A DNA stretch of 64,000 bases from Flaccisagitta enflata. Lineage: Eukaryota. Shown here in pieces: positions 41,690 through 58,728 of this stretch. The first letter of the stretch is position 1. Each line of letters starts with the position of its first letter. The notes under the pieces were generated by a model. The model saw nothing but the letters and a program-made list of their open reading frames with translations. It did not search any database and was not told where the DNA came from. The stretch covers positions 43,400,001 to 43,464,000 of the forward strand of contig OZ231126.1 in NCBI GenBank assembly GCA_965153355.1, written 5' to 3'. The translations under genes and the position numbers were made by a program.

Positions 41690-42243
41690 CACCTAACGCC
41701 ACTTTATCCCACTCCACCCACCGCACGCCGTTAACTATAACATTGAAATTTTTCTTTGTTCATATATCATCATTTCAATTTTTATTTCGCGCTGTAATTT
41801 TACTCAAAGCATCGCCATTTTCCCATCCCAAAATTTTCAAGGCAACTTTATGCAGAAAAGGATTTTAAAAGTTGAGATACGCAAGAACGCTTCCATTCTT
41901 CATTTTTTCAAACGTGGGAGTAAAAATCAAGTCCGGTCTCAGCCACACGTTTCTTTCATTCTCTCTCTTATGTGTGTTAAAGCTCTTCCGGTCTTTTTAT
42001 AACCGAAAGATTCTAAAATTTTTCACCTCTGTCTCTTGTCTAGAAATTTTACTGCTTGTTTTTCTGTTTTTGTTCTGTTTTGTCTTCCTGTTGTTGCTTT
42101 CTTTCTGTCTGTCTCTCTTACTCTCTTTCTTTTTTTGTTTTACCTAGTTATAGTTACAGGCATTTGTAAGAGTTCTATCCAGTCGTTTCCATGGCATTCT
42201 GCGCCTTGTTTTTTTCGTAAACAAATCTCTCCCATGCGTTTTT

Positions 42244-45557
<3,314 letters not shown>

Positions 45558-45945
45558 ACAGATAGTAAGAAGGCAAAAGAAAAAAAAGAGAGAAATTAAG
45601 ACTTCCTTTTTAACTTCGGCGTGTAATTAAAAGAGGAAATCGTGATGACCTTCAGTCCGTTGCTGCCGCCGCCACCGCACATTCTCTTTCTCCTCCTCGT
45701 CTTCCTTCTCCTCTTCCCCCTTCTCCTCTTCCTCATCTTCTCTAACTTTGTTCAATCACACCGCCCACCCGATTTGTTAACGTTCGTAAAACATAGGCAA
45801 GGACTTGTCGAGGTCTTATCAAATTATACTGTCGAGAGAAACTCGGGTAGAAACTGGGTGAGAACGGAAAAAGAAAAGGTTTAACACGGGAAGCACTTCA
45901 CTGTCACGCTTTTAAAGTTTTTTCCTCTTCTCGGCATGTGAAGAC

Positions 45946-46082
<137 letters not shown>

Positions 46083-46273
46083 TGGTCCGATGAACCCACG
46101 GATCGACTAACGCGACTTAAAGGATACACAGACTTAAGTAAAACTATCAGTGAAAATTCATGACCGTTTTTTTTTTTTTTTTTTTTTTGACCGTTTGTAC
46201 TGTTAAGTAACATGATTTACTTAAGAACGTACGACATAATCAGTCTGGAGCCTTGAATGAGAAAAAAGAGAAA

Positions 46274-46373
<100 letters not shown>

Positions 46374-46701
46374 ATAGAATAGAGATATTGAGAATTATGA
46401 TGAGCCACGATGGGGATGGAATTGTGGGCGCAATGTATCTGAATCATTTCATTTGCATATCAATTTAGGACAAGACGCAGTTTGGTCGAAAAAAACTTCT
46501 TCTTCTTTGCGGACTTTTCATCTACATCTCCCGCGGTCAGCGCAAAAGGTCATCTTCAGTGCAGCGAACAAACTGCCAACTCGACAGCCGGTTGTATTTG
46601 CAAGGCCTTTCAGTTGATGGGAGGTTTATAAGCTAAACGCTCATTTTCAAATTATATGCGATTCAAACGGACAGACGGACAGACAGAATGATGGAGAGAT
46701 T

Positions 46702-46862
46702 CAGTTAAACCCCGCAAAACGGATGTCAATTTCAATTAAATTTATTTGGAATTCTGTTATTGGCAATGTAAGACAAAAAAAAAGATATTGAAGGGACAAA
46801 CATTTTTAATCTATCATAGGCGGATATTTATCACTATGGAGTTTGTTTTAGCGGGGTAACTG
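46702..46862. mobile_element. Short pogo/Tigger-like MITE
   Basis: CAGTTAAACCCCGC...GCGGGGTAACTG. Relatives at 57334-57473 and a partial copy at 48548-48879. Confidence 0.65.
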
Positions 46863-47513
46863 CATATAGTTGTGTCTACAGGCGTGCTTTTTTTTCTTTC
46901 CCTCCGAGTAACATTTGTTTTCCCTTTAAATCTTCCGACTTGTCTATCAGACTCTTATCAAATGGGCTAAGGTTAGTTATATGTTCCACATGTATTGTTC
47001 TTTGTCTTGTCTTTTTTAGCTTTGTCTTTGTCATGTCTTTGTGTTCTAACTTCACTTAAGAGCGACGAGATCATGCAGAGAAATGTTACATCTTTCAACA
47101 CCTCAAAAACAGTGTAAGGAGATGATTTGCATATTGCGGTAGAAAGGTTTCCTCTAGTATTTAAAATGATTTAATGTCGTCTCAGATTCATCCACACCCA
47201 ACTTTATTGTGTGTTGCCTCTTAGAATGACTTAAAAAAATTTCCACGAATGCTAAGATCGGTTCGATTGTGTCACGTCAAAGAACGTTTATGAGGATTGT
47301 TCTGAGTCTTAACTTCAAAGTTAACAAAAGAATGGCAAACCAAGCTACTTCAGTCGCACTGTGTTACTTCGAAACTCAGTACCTGAAACTGTTTTTGTTT
47401 TTAAATGGCGGGGGAACTATCCCGCCCAGAAATTGTTGGGAGTTTATTGGAGCTGGAAAGTAGGACTGAAGGGGTAGGAGGCGCTGAACCAATCCCAGAG
47501 GTTGAAGGGAATA

Positions 47514-48120
47514 ACCTTGGGGACATAAAAAATGGCGGATTTTGGAAAACTAATTCTATCTACCTTAAATTGAGAAAAACTATAAAAAATCGGTGACCAA
47601 TTTGAAGCTCTGCGAAAGATCTTTCAAATGAGACGTTGCTGGTTGTCCTAGTCTTTTTCGTTTAGAAATGGCATTGGGATGAAAACAGGTTGTCTGGAAT
47701 TTGAGAATTCACTATAGGATATGCATGTTTTTGTTTGTTGAAACATAGAAACTAAACGCATTGAGTAAGAAATTCGATTTTGGCGCCATTTTGAAGAAAA
47801 TTCGAAGCTCTTTAATTTGCTCATGGATATTAAGTAGCTGTGGCAATTCTGAATTGCATTATCAATAAAAACGTTGAGACAAAAATTGCTAATCGAAAAA
47901 AAAGACAATATTTGCCCTTTTTCCAATCGGTGATATTTTTCTTCGATCCTATGCCATTTCTAAACGAATAAAGCTACAGATACCAGACACAACTCAAATG
48001 AAAGATCTTTCGAAGGGCTTTACAGGCATCACCAATTCTAATCCATTTCTCTTACGTTATATCGCGTTATGGTTCAAAAGAAAGGTTTAAAAAATCCGCC
48101 ATTTTTTTTGTCCCCAAGGT
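47514..48120. mobile_element. MITE with 30-bp TIR and subterminal IRs
   Basis: ACCTTGGGGACATAAAAAATGGCGGATTTT/AAAATCCGCCATTTTTTTTGTCCCCAAGGT. Flanks read as TA/TA or as ATAA/TTAA (piggyBac-like), so the superfamily is unresolved. Confidence 0.8.
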
Positions 48121-48577
48121 TAAAGACTGAGCATGTGAGTGAGGGTAGAAGTATAACCATGTTCCCTATTTTATTCCTTCACTGTAGTTGAAAGATAAAT
48201 TCTCCACTCACTCATCTCAATGGGGATTTTTATGACGGGTATAGGTCTTAGGTTTGGATGGTATGTTCATAATGAGGGGCGTATTTGAGCCACCATTTTT
48301 GGGGCAGCAAGCCAAAATCTGTGCCCCAACGAGTATTGTGTCCCAATGATTTTTCTATTACCTGTGTAGATAATTATGCAACTGATATTATTAATTGGTA
48401 TTGCTTCTCAATGCAACTTTTTTGTTATCATATAAAAGGAAGTCTAACAGTGTAAAATGTATACTATTCAAATGTTTTGTTATATGACATGAAGCATAGT
48501 TATTATCAATAATTTTGTCACATTTGGAGCATTGTACCTAATTCACTTAGAATTCTGTTATTGCCAATGTAGGAATA

Positions 48578-48797
48578 AACAAGTGACGCGGGGTCACAAT
48601 ATCGTTGCGGACGGGTAGGCAGGGGCATCCAACCCCCATCCACACCCAAACCCACCCCCAACACTCAAACATATGCAAAAAGTATCAAAAGTGCGAATTT
48701 TCCCACTTTTAAACTCGATGACCACGGACCGACCAACGGATGGACGGACGGACGGACGGACAAAGCCTCTTATAGAGTTGCGTGTCCGCAACTAAAA
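48578..48797 (-). mobile_element. HINE family A2 variant inserted in a MITE
   Basis: Head AGTTGCGGAC, subTIR GTCCGCAAC, hairpin GTGACCCCGCGTCAC and TTGTT end (minus). Confidence 0.85.
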
Positions 48798-49053
48798 AAA
48801 GATGTTGAAGGGACAAACATTTTTTATCTATCATAGGCGGATTTTCATTACTGTGGAGTTCGTTTTAGCGGGGTAACTGCATGTAACTATGTCTACAGAA
48901 CCAACAAAAGGATTGGGTCTAACGATACATTGCGAGAAGAGACCCGACCGGACACTCATACAATTTTGCTTTATATTTCATTAACGTGGGAAAGATAATA
49001 AAGTACTGACTTTATGAAGTCCCGTGGGAGTTGAATTCATCCTGGTATATCGT

Positions 49054-51975
49054 CCCTGATTTTGGCCATGGTAATTAACAGTACTTTAACGCTGTTAATT
49101 AACACTATATAGGTACCAGGAAATTAACTAAGAAAAAACATTTCTTTATTTTTGAGAAAATCACTAAAAATAGGTGCTGAAGGTTGTTGTTAATTATCAG
49201 GTACCTATATGCTGTTAATTAACATGCTGTTTTTGATGTTAATTAACACCTTATTTTAGGCGTTAATTAACACAAAAAAAGTATAGATTATTAACAAATT
49301 GTTAAACATATACTATTTTTTGGTGTTAATTAACGGTTGAATGTGGTGTTAATTAACATGAAAAACAGCAGGTTAATTAACACCAAAAAAATATAGATTA
49401 TTAACAAATTGATTTTGTACCTATATGCTGTTAATCAACATGCTGTTTTTGATGTTAATTAACACCACATTTCAACTGTTAATTAACCCAAAAAAATATA
49501 GATTATTTTCAAATTGTTAAAAATATTTAATTTTTTTGTGTTAGTTAATGGGAGAAATGTGGTGTTAATTAACATCAAAAACAGCGTGTTAATTAACACA
49601 GAAAAAATATAGATTATTAACAAATTGATTTTTTACTTACACGCTGTTAATTAACATGCTGTTTTTGATGGTAATTAACACCCAATTTCATGCGTTAATT
49701 AACACAAAAAAAATATAGATTATTAACAAAATATTAAGAATATACAATTTTTTGGTGTTAATTAACAGGTGAAATGTGGAGTTAATCAATATCAAAAACA
49801 ATGTGTTAATCAACACAGAAAAAATATAGATTATTAACAAATTGATTTTGTAGCTATACGTTGTTAATTTACATGTTGTTATTGATGTTAATTAACGCCA
49901 CATTTCATGAGTTAATTAACACCAAAAAAATATAGATTATTAACAAATTGTAAAAAATATATCCTTTTTTTTGTGTTAATTAACAGTTGAAATGTGGTGT
50001 TAATTAACATAAAAAACAGCCTGTTAATTAACACAGAAAAAATATGGATTATTAACAAATTGATTTTGTAGCTATACGCTGTTAATTTACATGTTGTTTT
50101 TGATGTTAATTAACACCACATTTCATGCGTTAATTAACACCAGAAAAATATAGATTATTAACAAATTGTAAAAAATATACCATTTTTTGGTGTTAATTAA
50201 CAGTTGAAATGTGGTGTTAATTAACATAAAAAACAGTGTGTTAATTAACACAGAAAAAATATAGATTATTAACAAATTGATTTTGTACCTAAACGCTGTT
50301 AATTAACATGCTGTTTTTGATGTTAACTAACACCGCATTTCACCTGTTAATTAACACAAAAAAATTCTATATTGTTAATATTTTGTTAATGATCTATATC
50401 TTTTTGTGTTATTTAACGCATGAAATTGGGTGTTAATTACCATCAAAAACAGCATGTTAATTAACACAGAAAAAATATAGATTATTAACAAATTGATTTT
50501 GTACCTACACGCCGTTAATTAACATGCTGTTTTTTATGTTAATTATCACCCAATTTCATCTGTTATTAACACAAAAAGATATAGATTATTAACAAAATAT
50601 TAAGAATATACAATTTTTTGGTGTTAATTAACAGGTGAAATGCGGTGTTAGTTAACATAAAGCATGTTCATTAACAGCGTTTAGGTACAAAATCAATTTA
50701 TTAATAATCTATATTTTTTCTGTGTTAATTAACACGCTGTTTTTTATGTTAATTAACACCACATTTCAACTGTTAATTAACACCAAAAAATGGTATATTT
50801 TTTACAATTTGTTAATAATCTATATTTTTCTGGTGTTAATTAAGGCATGAAATGTGGTGTTAATTAACATCAAAAACAACATGTAAATTAACAGCGTATA
50901 GCTACAAAATCAATTTGTTAATAATCTATATTTTTTCTGTGTTAATTAAAATGCTGTTTTTTATGTTAATTAACACCACATTTCAACTGTTAATTAACAC
51001 AAAAAAAAGGGTATATTTTTTACATTTTGTTAATAATCTATATTTTTTGGTGTTAATTAACTCATGAAATGTGGCGTTAATTAACATCAAAAACAACATG
51101 TAAATTAACAGCGTATAGCTACAAAATCAATTTGTTGATAATCTATATTTTTTTATGTGTTAATTAACACATTGTTTTTGATGTTGATTAACTCCACATT
51201 TCACCTGTTAATTAACACAAAAAAATTGTATATTCTTAATATTTTGTTAATAATCTATATTTTTTTTTTTGTTAATTAACGCATGAAATTGGGTGTTAAT
51301 TACCATCAAAAACAGCATGTTAATTAACAGCGTGTAAGTACAAAATCAATTTGTTAATAATCTATATCTTTTCTGTGTTAATTGGCACACTGTTTTTTAT
51401 GTTAATTAACACCACATTTCTCCCATTAACTAACACAAAAAAATTGAATATTTTTTCAATTTGTTAATAATCTATATTTTTGGGTTAATTAACGGTTGAA
51501 ATGTGGTGTTAATTAACATCAAAAACAACATGTTGATTAACAGCGTATAGGTACAAAATCAATTTGTTAATAATCTATATTTTTTGTGTTAATTAACGCT
51601 GTTTTATGTTAACACCGCATTCCAGATTAATTAACACTAAAATGGTATATTTTTAACAATTTGTTAATAATCTATATTTTTTCTGTGTTAATTAATGGGG
51701 TGTTAATTAACATCAAAAACAGCATGTTAATTAACAGCATATAGGTACCCGATAATTAACAACAACCTTCAGCACCTATTTTCAGTAATTTTCTCAAAAA
51801 TAAAAAAAATGTTTTTCTTAGTTAATTTCCTGGTACCTATACAGTGTTAATTAACGACTGTTTTTTAAGTGTTAATTAACAGCAGAAAAACTACCGTTAA
51901 TTAATGGTACTTTTTTGCCTTTTATTAACAATTTTGTTAATTAGAGGCGTTAATGTGCCGTTAATTAACGCAGGG
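49054..51975. mobile_element. Foldback-type giant palindrome built from 217-bp units
   Basis: Unique outer arms (about 49090-49250 and 51700-51860) are reverse complements. Interior is GTTAATTAAC-rich units mirrored about 50468-50514. CCCTG/CAGGG termini. Confidence 0.85.
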
Positions 51976-52553
51976 TAAATCGCTCACGATATATCTCAAT
52001 TCATCGGAAAAAAAAATAGAAAAGAAAAAACTCTCACTTTGCGTTAATGGTCGTCATTTACATATCAATTGATATATCTCATCAGCACAGTAGCTCCTGA
52101 GCACCTTGACTTTCTATAGTATAACCGGAAGGACGCGAGAGTATCATTTCTGTGTAATATCATTAATGATAACTTAAATATAAAAATCGTTTCCGCTTCA
52201 GACTCAATTACGACATTCCATCATCCACTTACACACACACACACAAAAGATAAGAACAATGACTTGTTCCACGGAAGACCACAATTCCAGTTCACCCGAT
52301 CCTATTTTCTCAGCCTCGACGGAACGGAAAGAGCATTAAAAGTCGAATATCGCACACACACAACGACGAGACACACAAGAACAAACTTACACACGATCTG
52401 CTAGTCCAAACTTTGAGAAAGTGGCAACGGGCAGCGACACTGAATGGACTATGCTATTTCGTCATGTGCCCAAACCTATCGCCAGACGCGACGGTCGAAC
52501 AACTTCCATCTACCGACCATCAGACGTGGTAAGATTGCATGCGTGCAAATTTA

Positions 52554-52700
52554 AACAAGGCCGGATACACGGCAGGACAGTCGCGGACGGTTGGGCAGGA
52601 GCAGTATTGCAAAAACCACTCGCAAAACAGAAATGTGACGGACCGACGGACGGACGGACCGACACGGCGAGGTATAGAGTCGCGTATCCGCGACTAAAAA
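52554..52700 (-). mobile_element. HINE A element (AGTCGCGGA variant)
   Basis: AACAAGGCCGGATACACGGC-AGGAC-AGTCGCGGAC...AGTCGCGTATCCGCGACTAAAAA. Confidence 0.8.
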
Positions 52701-52857
52701 ACGAAAGAAAAACTCAAAACTTCAAAACGTAAGAAACTGACGGAAATTTGATTCCTGAAACCTGTTTTCGAGCGGATTTTGACGAGTCGTTTGAACGATT
52801 AAGACCCGCGTCGGTGCATTGAAAGAAAGAGTTGAAATAAGAAAAATGCCTTCAGGC

Positions 52858-52976
<119 letters not shown>

Positions 52977-53675
52977 GTGTTCTATGCGTATCTCCTCTCT
53001 CTCCGGATTTCCTTCCGGTGCCACGATGACAAACCGGCTTGTAACACTTTGTAACGCTTGGTTTAATGTGTATTCTTTCAATTTTTTAACTAACTTTTAC
53101 TTTCAATACTCCTCTTCCGCTTGTTTTCTTTGTAAAATCATGGCTATTAAGAGGAGACTATTTCTTCATAGATACATGTTCAATTCTCCCCTCATTCAAT
53201 TAGTCAATCATTCAAAATACCTATCATTAAACAATCATCATGATCATGATTTAAGCAATAATTAGCAATTAATCAGTCAATCATTCATCAGTCAATCCTC
53301 CATCAATCCATACATCCATTTATCAATGAATCAATCAATTAATCGATCGATCGATCGATCAATCAACATTTATTTCCACATTCCCTTTCTCTTTCCTAAT
53401 CCTTCCATCATTCCATCCCCCGTCTTCAATATTCATTTGTTCATTCCTTTCTATTAATGAAACATGGTTTATACCTTCTTTGAGTTGGTGGCTCAGCTGG
53501 TACTCGACTGGTTACGCTAGAATCTGACGGCCGTTTATTCCATTCAACGTGACCGTTCCTCTCCAGTCCTTCTCGTCAGACACTTCATTTCCTTCATCAA
53601 TCTCTCTTCAGTTGCAGATGATATTTTTGAGGGTTACTTTTTTGTTTTGGTCACTGGCCCGAAAGTCACGATTAA

Positions 53676-53689
53676 TATCTATCTATCGT

Positions 53690-53748
<59 letters not shown>

Positions 53749-53765
53749 ATCTATCTATCTATCTT

Positions 53766-53831
<66 letters not shown>

Positions 53832-53880
53832 GATCTATCGATCTATTTATCTGTCGATCTATCTATCTATCTATCTATCT

Positions 53881-53949
<69 letters not shown>

Positions 53950-54055
53950 GAATGAATTTTTTTTTACAAGAGCAGAACAACAATACAATGCAAGTTTGGC
54001 AAATTGTAAAAGCTAGCCTCGAAGGATAGCCTTTAAAGTCCAAAAACTTTTTTCC

Positions 54056-54109
<54 letters not shown>

Positions 54110-54116
54110 TTATCTG

Positions 54117-54182
<66 letters not shown>
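53676..54182. repeat. (CTAT)n microsatellites, two blocks
   Basis: Direct reading. Confidence 0.95.
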
Positions 54183-54249
54183 AAATCTTCGATTACTTTA
54201 CAAATTGCTCTTATCAATTATTATTAAAAAATTGTTTCATATGAATAGC

Positions 54250-54423
<174 letters not shown>

Positions 54424-54445
54424 TCTCTTTCTCTTTCTCTCTTTC

Positions 54446-54480
<35 letters not shown>

Positions 54481-54498
54481 TTCTCTTTCTCTTTCTCT

Positions 54499-54574
<76 letters not shown>

Positions 54575-55367
54575 CAATTGCAAACTCTAGAAATACAAAA
54601 TTAACTGATATCCAGTAATGCCTGCATTTTTCTCTCCCCTAGAGACGAGACGTTAGTGACTTTTATAATCGCGGAAGAGAGTTCGGCAACGACGTTGATT
54701 ATAAGTAAACAAGGTCATTATACCAACGTCACGTGCGTCAAAACTCTCAGAAAAAGTCAGACAGACAGACAGACAGACGAAGTTTGATTTGTTAGAATGA
54801 CATATAAATTAGCTGTCTACTCCCCCAAATTTTTTTTCTGATGTTAAAAAATATGAAAAAAACGCCAAAAACCCTTTCAAACAACTTTGTGACGGATGGA
54901 TGGACGGGCCAAAAAAAATGGCCTATATAGTCGCGAAAATCCCATGTTTACAAGAATAAGGCTACACATGCATGGTTTTGAAGAAAAAAAATCACAATGA
55001 ATTCAGACTATCCATCCACCGCTAAGTAAAACTACGTGTTCTAATCACCAAGGCACTAAGATCCTATACATCATTTTGGCAAAGAAGGAGTTGACTTTTA
55101 AACAAATTTCTCTCCTTTATCCAAAACTACAACAAACAGAAAAGTTTTCTTTCTTTCTTGCTTTCTATTTTTCTATTTTTCTTTTTATTCTATTCCTTCA
55201 ACAATTACATTTACAGATAAATGCGTTTACCGGGCATCAGGTTCGGCGTGGAGCTTAACAGCCGGGAGTCGGAGGAGACTGAAAAGTGCGGAACAGCGGG
55301 GACACCCGAGGACAGTACGTTGGTCGCGTAAACCAGTCAACTGGAAAATATCGGCCTACTTTGGTAA

Positions 55368-55414
<47 letters not shown>

Positions 55415-55818
55415 CAGACAGAGAGAGAGAGAGACAGAGACAGATAGAGATGTCATTGTGTATTTCGACATGAAAGACAGATGATTATAGGAGTTGGGAT
55501 GAGTTAATAAAATCGAGTTACGAAAATTGCGACTTTGGTTGGTTGTTTCTGAATTATCCACGACCACAAAAAAAATTATTGCCGACATTGAACGTAAACC
55601 ACGACCTGCCCGTCTGTACAAAGTGGCCAATTGTTCCGAAAGAAACTTTAAAGATTATATTATCGGCGAATCAACGGACGAAGGAAGAATATAGACCCCC
55701 GACTATCGGTTAAACGTCTACGTCAAAACAGATTTCCTTTTTTATATTCGTGCTAATAAATGTAGGAAAAAAAGTGACAAACGAAAATAAAAATCATTGA
55801 TTGGACTTATATCATTCA

Positions 55819-55859
<41 letters not shown>

Positions 55860-56029
55860 TCTAATGGGAAGGGTTAGAGATTGGAAATTGCGAATTAGCG
55901 TTGATGAGCACTGCCTGATCTAATGTTTACGACTGTGGATGTCTCAAGTGTCCAAGGATAGGTCCCTTCCTATTTAGACTCTGTCTGGTCTTATTCATTT
56001 TTCTCAGTAATTTTCTTTACGTTTATTTT

Positions 56030-56109
56030 TTTCTATTTTTCTTCTTCCTCTTCTTTCTTCTTACTCTTCTTCTCTCTCTTTTCCTTTTTCTTTTTCTTTT
56101 TCTTTTTCT

Positions 56110-56159
<50 letters not shown>

Positions 56160-56610
56160 TTCTTTTTCTTTTTCTTTTTCTTTTTCTTTTTCTTTTTCTT
56201 CTTCTTCTTCTTCTTCTTTTTCTTTTTCTTTTTCTTTTTCTTTTTCTTTTTCTTTTTCTTCTTCTTCTTCTTCTTCTTCTTCTTCTTCTTCTTCTTCTTC
56301 TTCTTCTTCTTCTTCTTCTTCTTCTTCTTCTTCTTCTTCTTCTTCTTCTTCTCATTCTTCTTCTTCTTCTCTTCTTCTTCTTCTTCTTCTTCTTCTTCTT
56401 CTTCTTCTTCTTCTTCTTCTTCTTCTTCTTCTTCTTCTTCTTCTTCTTCTTCTTCTTCTTCTTCTTCTTCTTCTTCTTCTTCTTCTTCTTCTTCTTCTTC
56501 TTCTTCTTCTTCTTCTTCTTCTTCTTCTTCTTCTTCTTCTTCTTCTTCTTCTTCTTCTTCTTCTTCTTCTTCTTCTTCTTCTTCTTCTTCTTCTTCTTCT
56601 TCTTTCTTTT
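56030..56610. repeat. (TTTTTC)n/(TTTTCG)n/(TTC)n field
   Basis: Direct reading. Confidence 0.95.
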
Positions 56611-57333
56611 CTTACGCTTCATCTTCCTTTATTTCTCCTTCTTCTCCCAAACTTATTAAACTCCACCACCTTCTTCCCAAAAGACCTTCGGTTTGACTTC
56701 AATTTGATTAAGAAATCGGTTGACACGCAGGGACCGATTCTGATATGTCATCAAGTGTCGCCTTAAACGAAACTCTTATCTCTTATCTTCCAAATTGCAT
56801 TCATAAAAATAGTTCATTTATATGCACGCAGAGTTATCAATGCATGCTGGAATAGTCTACATCAGTCATAGGCGAAACAACAACGATACGTCCTAGTTCT
56901 GCTATCTAACTAAGATTATCTTAATTCTTATGCGACTATTGCAGATCTGGCTGGTCTGGCTTGTCAAGCTGATTTATATTTCATTTTATCTTTTGATGCA
57001 CAAATGAGATCTTGCTACAGTTTTTCTTTAAGCAAGTTTACTACTAGAACATTATAGACCATCCCATGAGTAGACTACAGAACAGATGGATTGATGGATG
57101 GACTCAAAATGTCTCATCGAAATGCATGGACGCGTATGAAAATTGATATAAGTCTTTGAGTTTAAAGGTACCTCAACCTCAACTTGATATCGTAAATAGA
57201 ATAGTAAGAGATAAGATTAGATCATTACTCGTGGCCAACTCAAATGGAACCACAAATGGAAATGTCTGGTGCGTTACACAGCAATTTTGATTAGGTTAGG
57301 CAAGGGCCAGCAATTCCAATGCTAACAGTTATA

Positions 57334-57473
57334 CAGTCACATCCCGCTATAACGGATCCATGAGTAACAAAATTTCGCTTATAATAGTTATAAATTTGTA
57401 GTCCCTCTTATATTCTTCTATAATGGATGAAATCTATTGGTCCCTTTACCTCCGTTACTGCGGGGTTTAACTG
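57334..57473. mobile_element. Short pogo/Tigger-like MITE
   Basis: TA-CAGTCACATCCCGCTATAACGGA...TCCGTTACTGCGGGGTTTAACTG-TA. Confidence 0.7.
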
Positions 57474-58728
57474 TACTAGCATTATGTATGCTTACCCCAC
57501 CGGTTAACTTCGTTACAGGGTGTCTTCTCTTTGTAAACGACGAGTTTGCGATATTTATCTGAAAGGATTATTGATTATGATTAACGATACAAACCACGGG
57601 GGTGATCCAGTTTAAAAGCTACCCGATGAAATTCCTTTGACATGACGTAAACAATCTCAGAAAAAAGATCTTTTCATATCCGATGCAACGTCATCACTCA
57701 ACTTTCGGTTGTGACAATCATAATCATCACTTTGGGTAAACTGAGCTGATTTCGTGTGACGTCATGAGTGATACAACGGTACACAGATACAAACTAGCCA
57801 ATAAAGTTACTTGCGGGTGGGCAGGGCAGTAATGCGGCTGGGCAGGGGCAGCTATGTGGGTGGGTGGGCAGATAATCACCAGTCATCACGTCAATGAAAA
57901 AAGCGTAATGACGGACCTACCGACCTGCCTAGCCAAAGATTTACCGCTGGACACAACCTCTTCTTGTGTCTCTCAGCAATCAGCAAGCGACTCATAACGG
58001 GCAATATTTCCAAAGATGGTCCACACCTAGACAAATATCGACGCCAAAATCCATTTCCTATCTCATACACTGTACAGTCAATGACTGCTAGTCAAACATT
58101 CCTACAATCATTCATTCCTACACTCCATTCATTCATTCATTCATTCATTCATTCATTCATTCATTCATTCGTTCATTCATTCATTCATTCATTCATTCAT
58201 TCATTCATTCATTCATTTATTCATTCATTTATTCATTCATTCATTCCTATATTCATTCATTCATTCATTCATTCATTCATTCATTTATTTATTCATTATA
58301 AGAACGCAAATGTTAGAAACCGACAAGTGTTTCAGCTTCATTCATCTGTAACAGAATTTTAGGATTGATATATATCGTATCGCCAATATTCGATAAAATA
58401 TCTACGATCAGCGAACGTTAACATTACGCACGTGTTACATCACTGAACAATAGCGCGTATGCGTCCTTCGCTAATTTACTCTCATTGACGGCGCAATTCA
58501 TCTCAGCCATGGCAACATTATCAATAATTACGTTTCCGACAACAATAACGTTGATTGTCGCTTTAATCACAGAAAATCAGAAGAAAACTTTATTTCTTCC
58601 TTATAATCGTTGTATTACTTGAATACAAAATTGCTTTTGGTCTTGATTTTCTTTTCACTCATAACTTTTGTGACTATGCGATGTTGTGCGCGACTTAATC
58701 TGTTAACCCCTCTATTGGCACCGAGACG

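Noticed and set aside
53483-53560. TGGCTCAGCTGG A-box-like tRNA or SINE head
   Set aside because: No convincing B box or cloverleaf.
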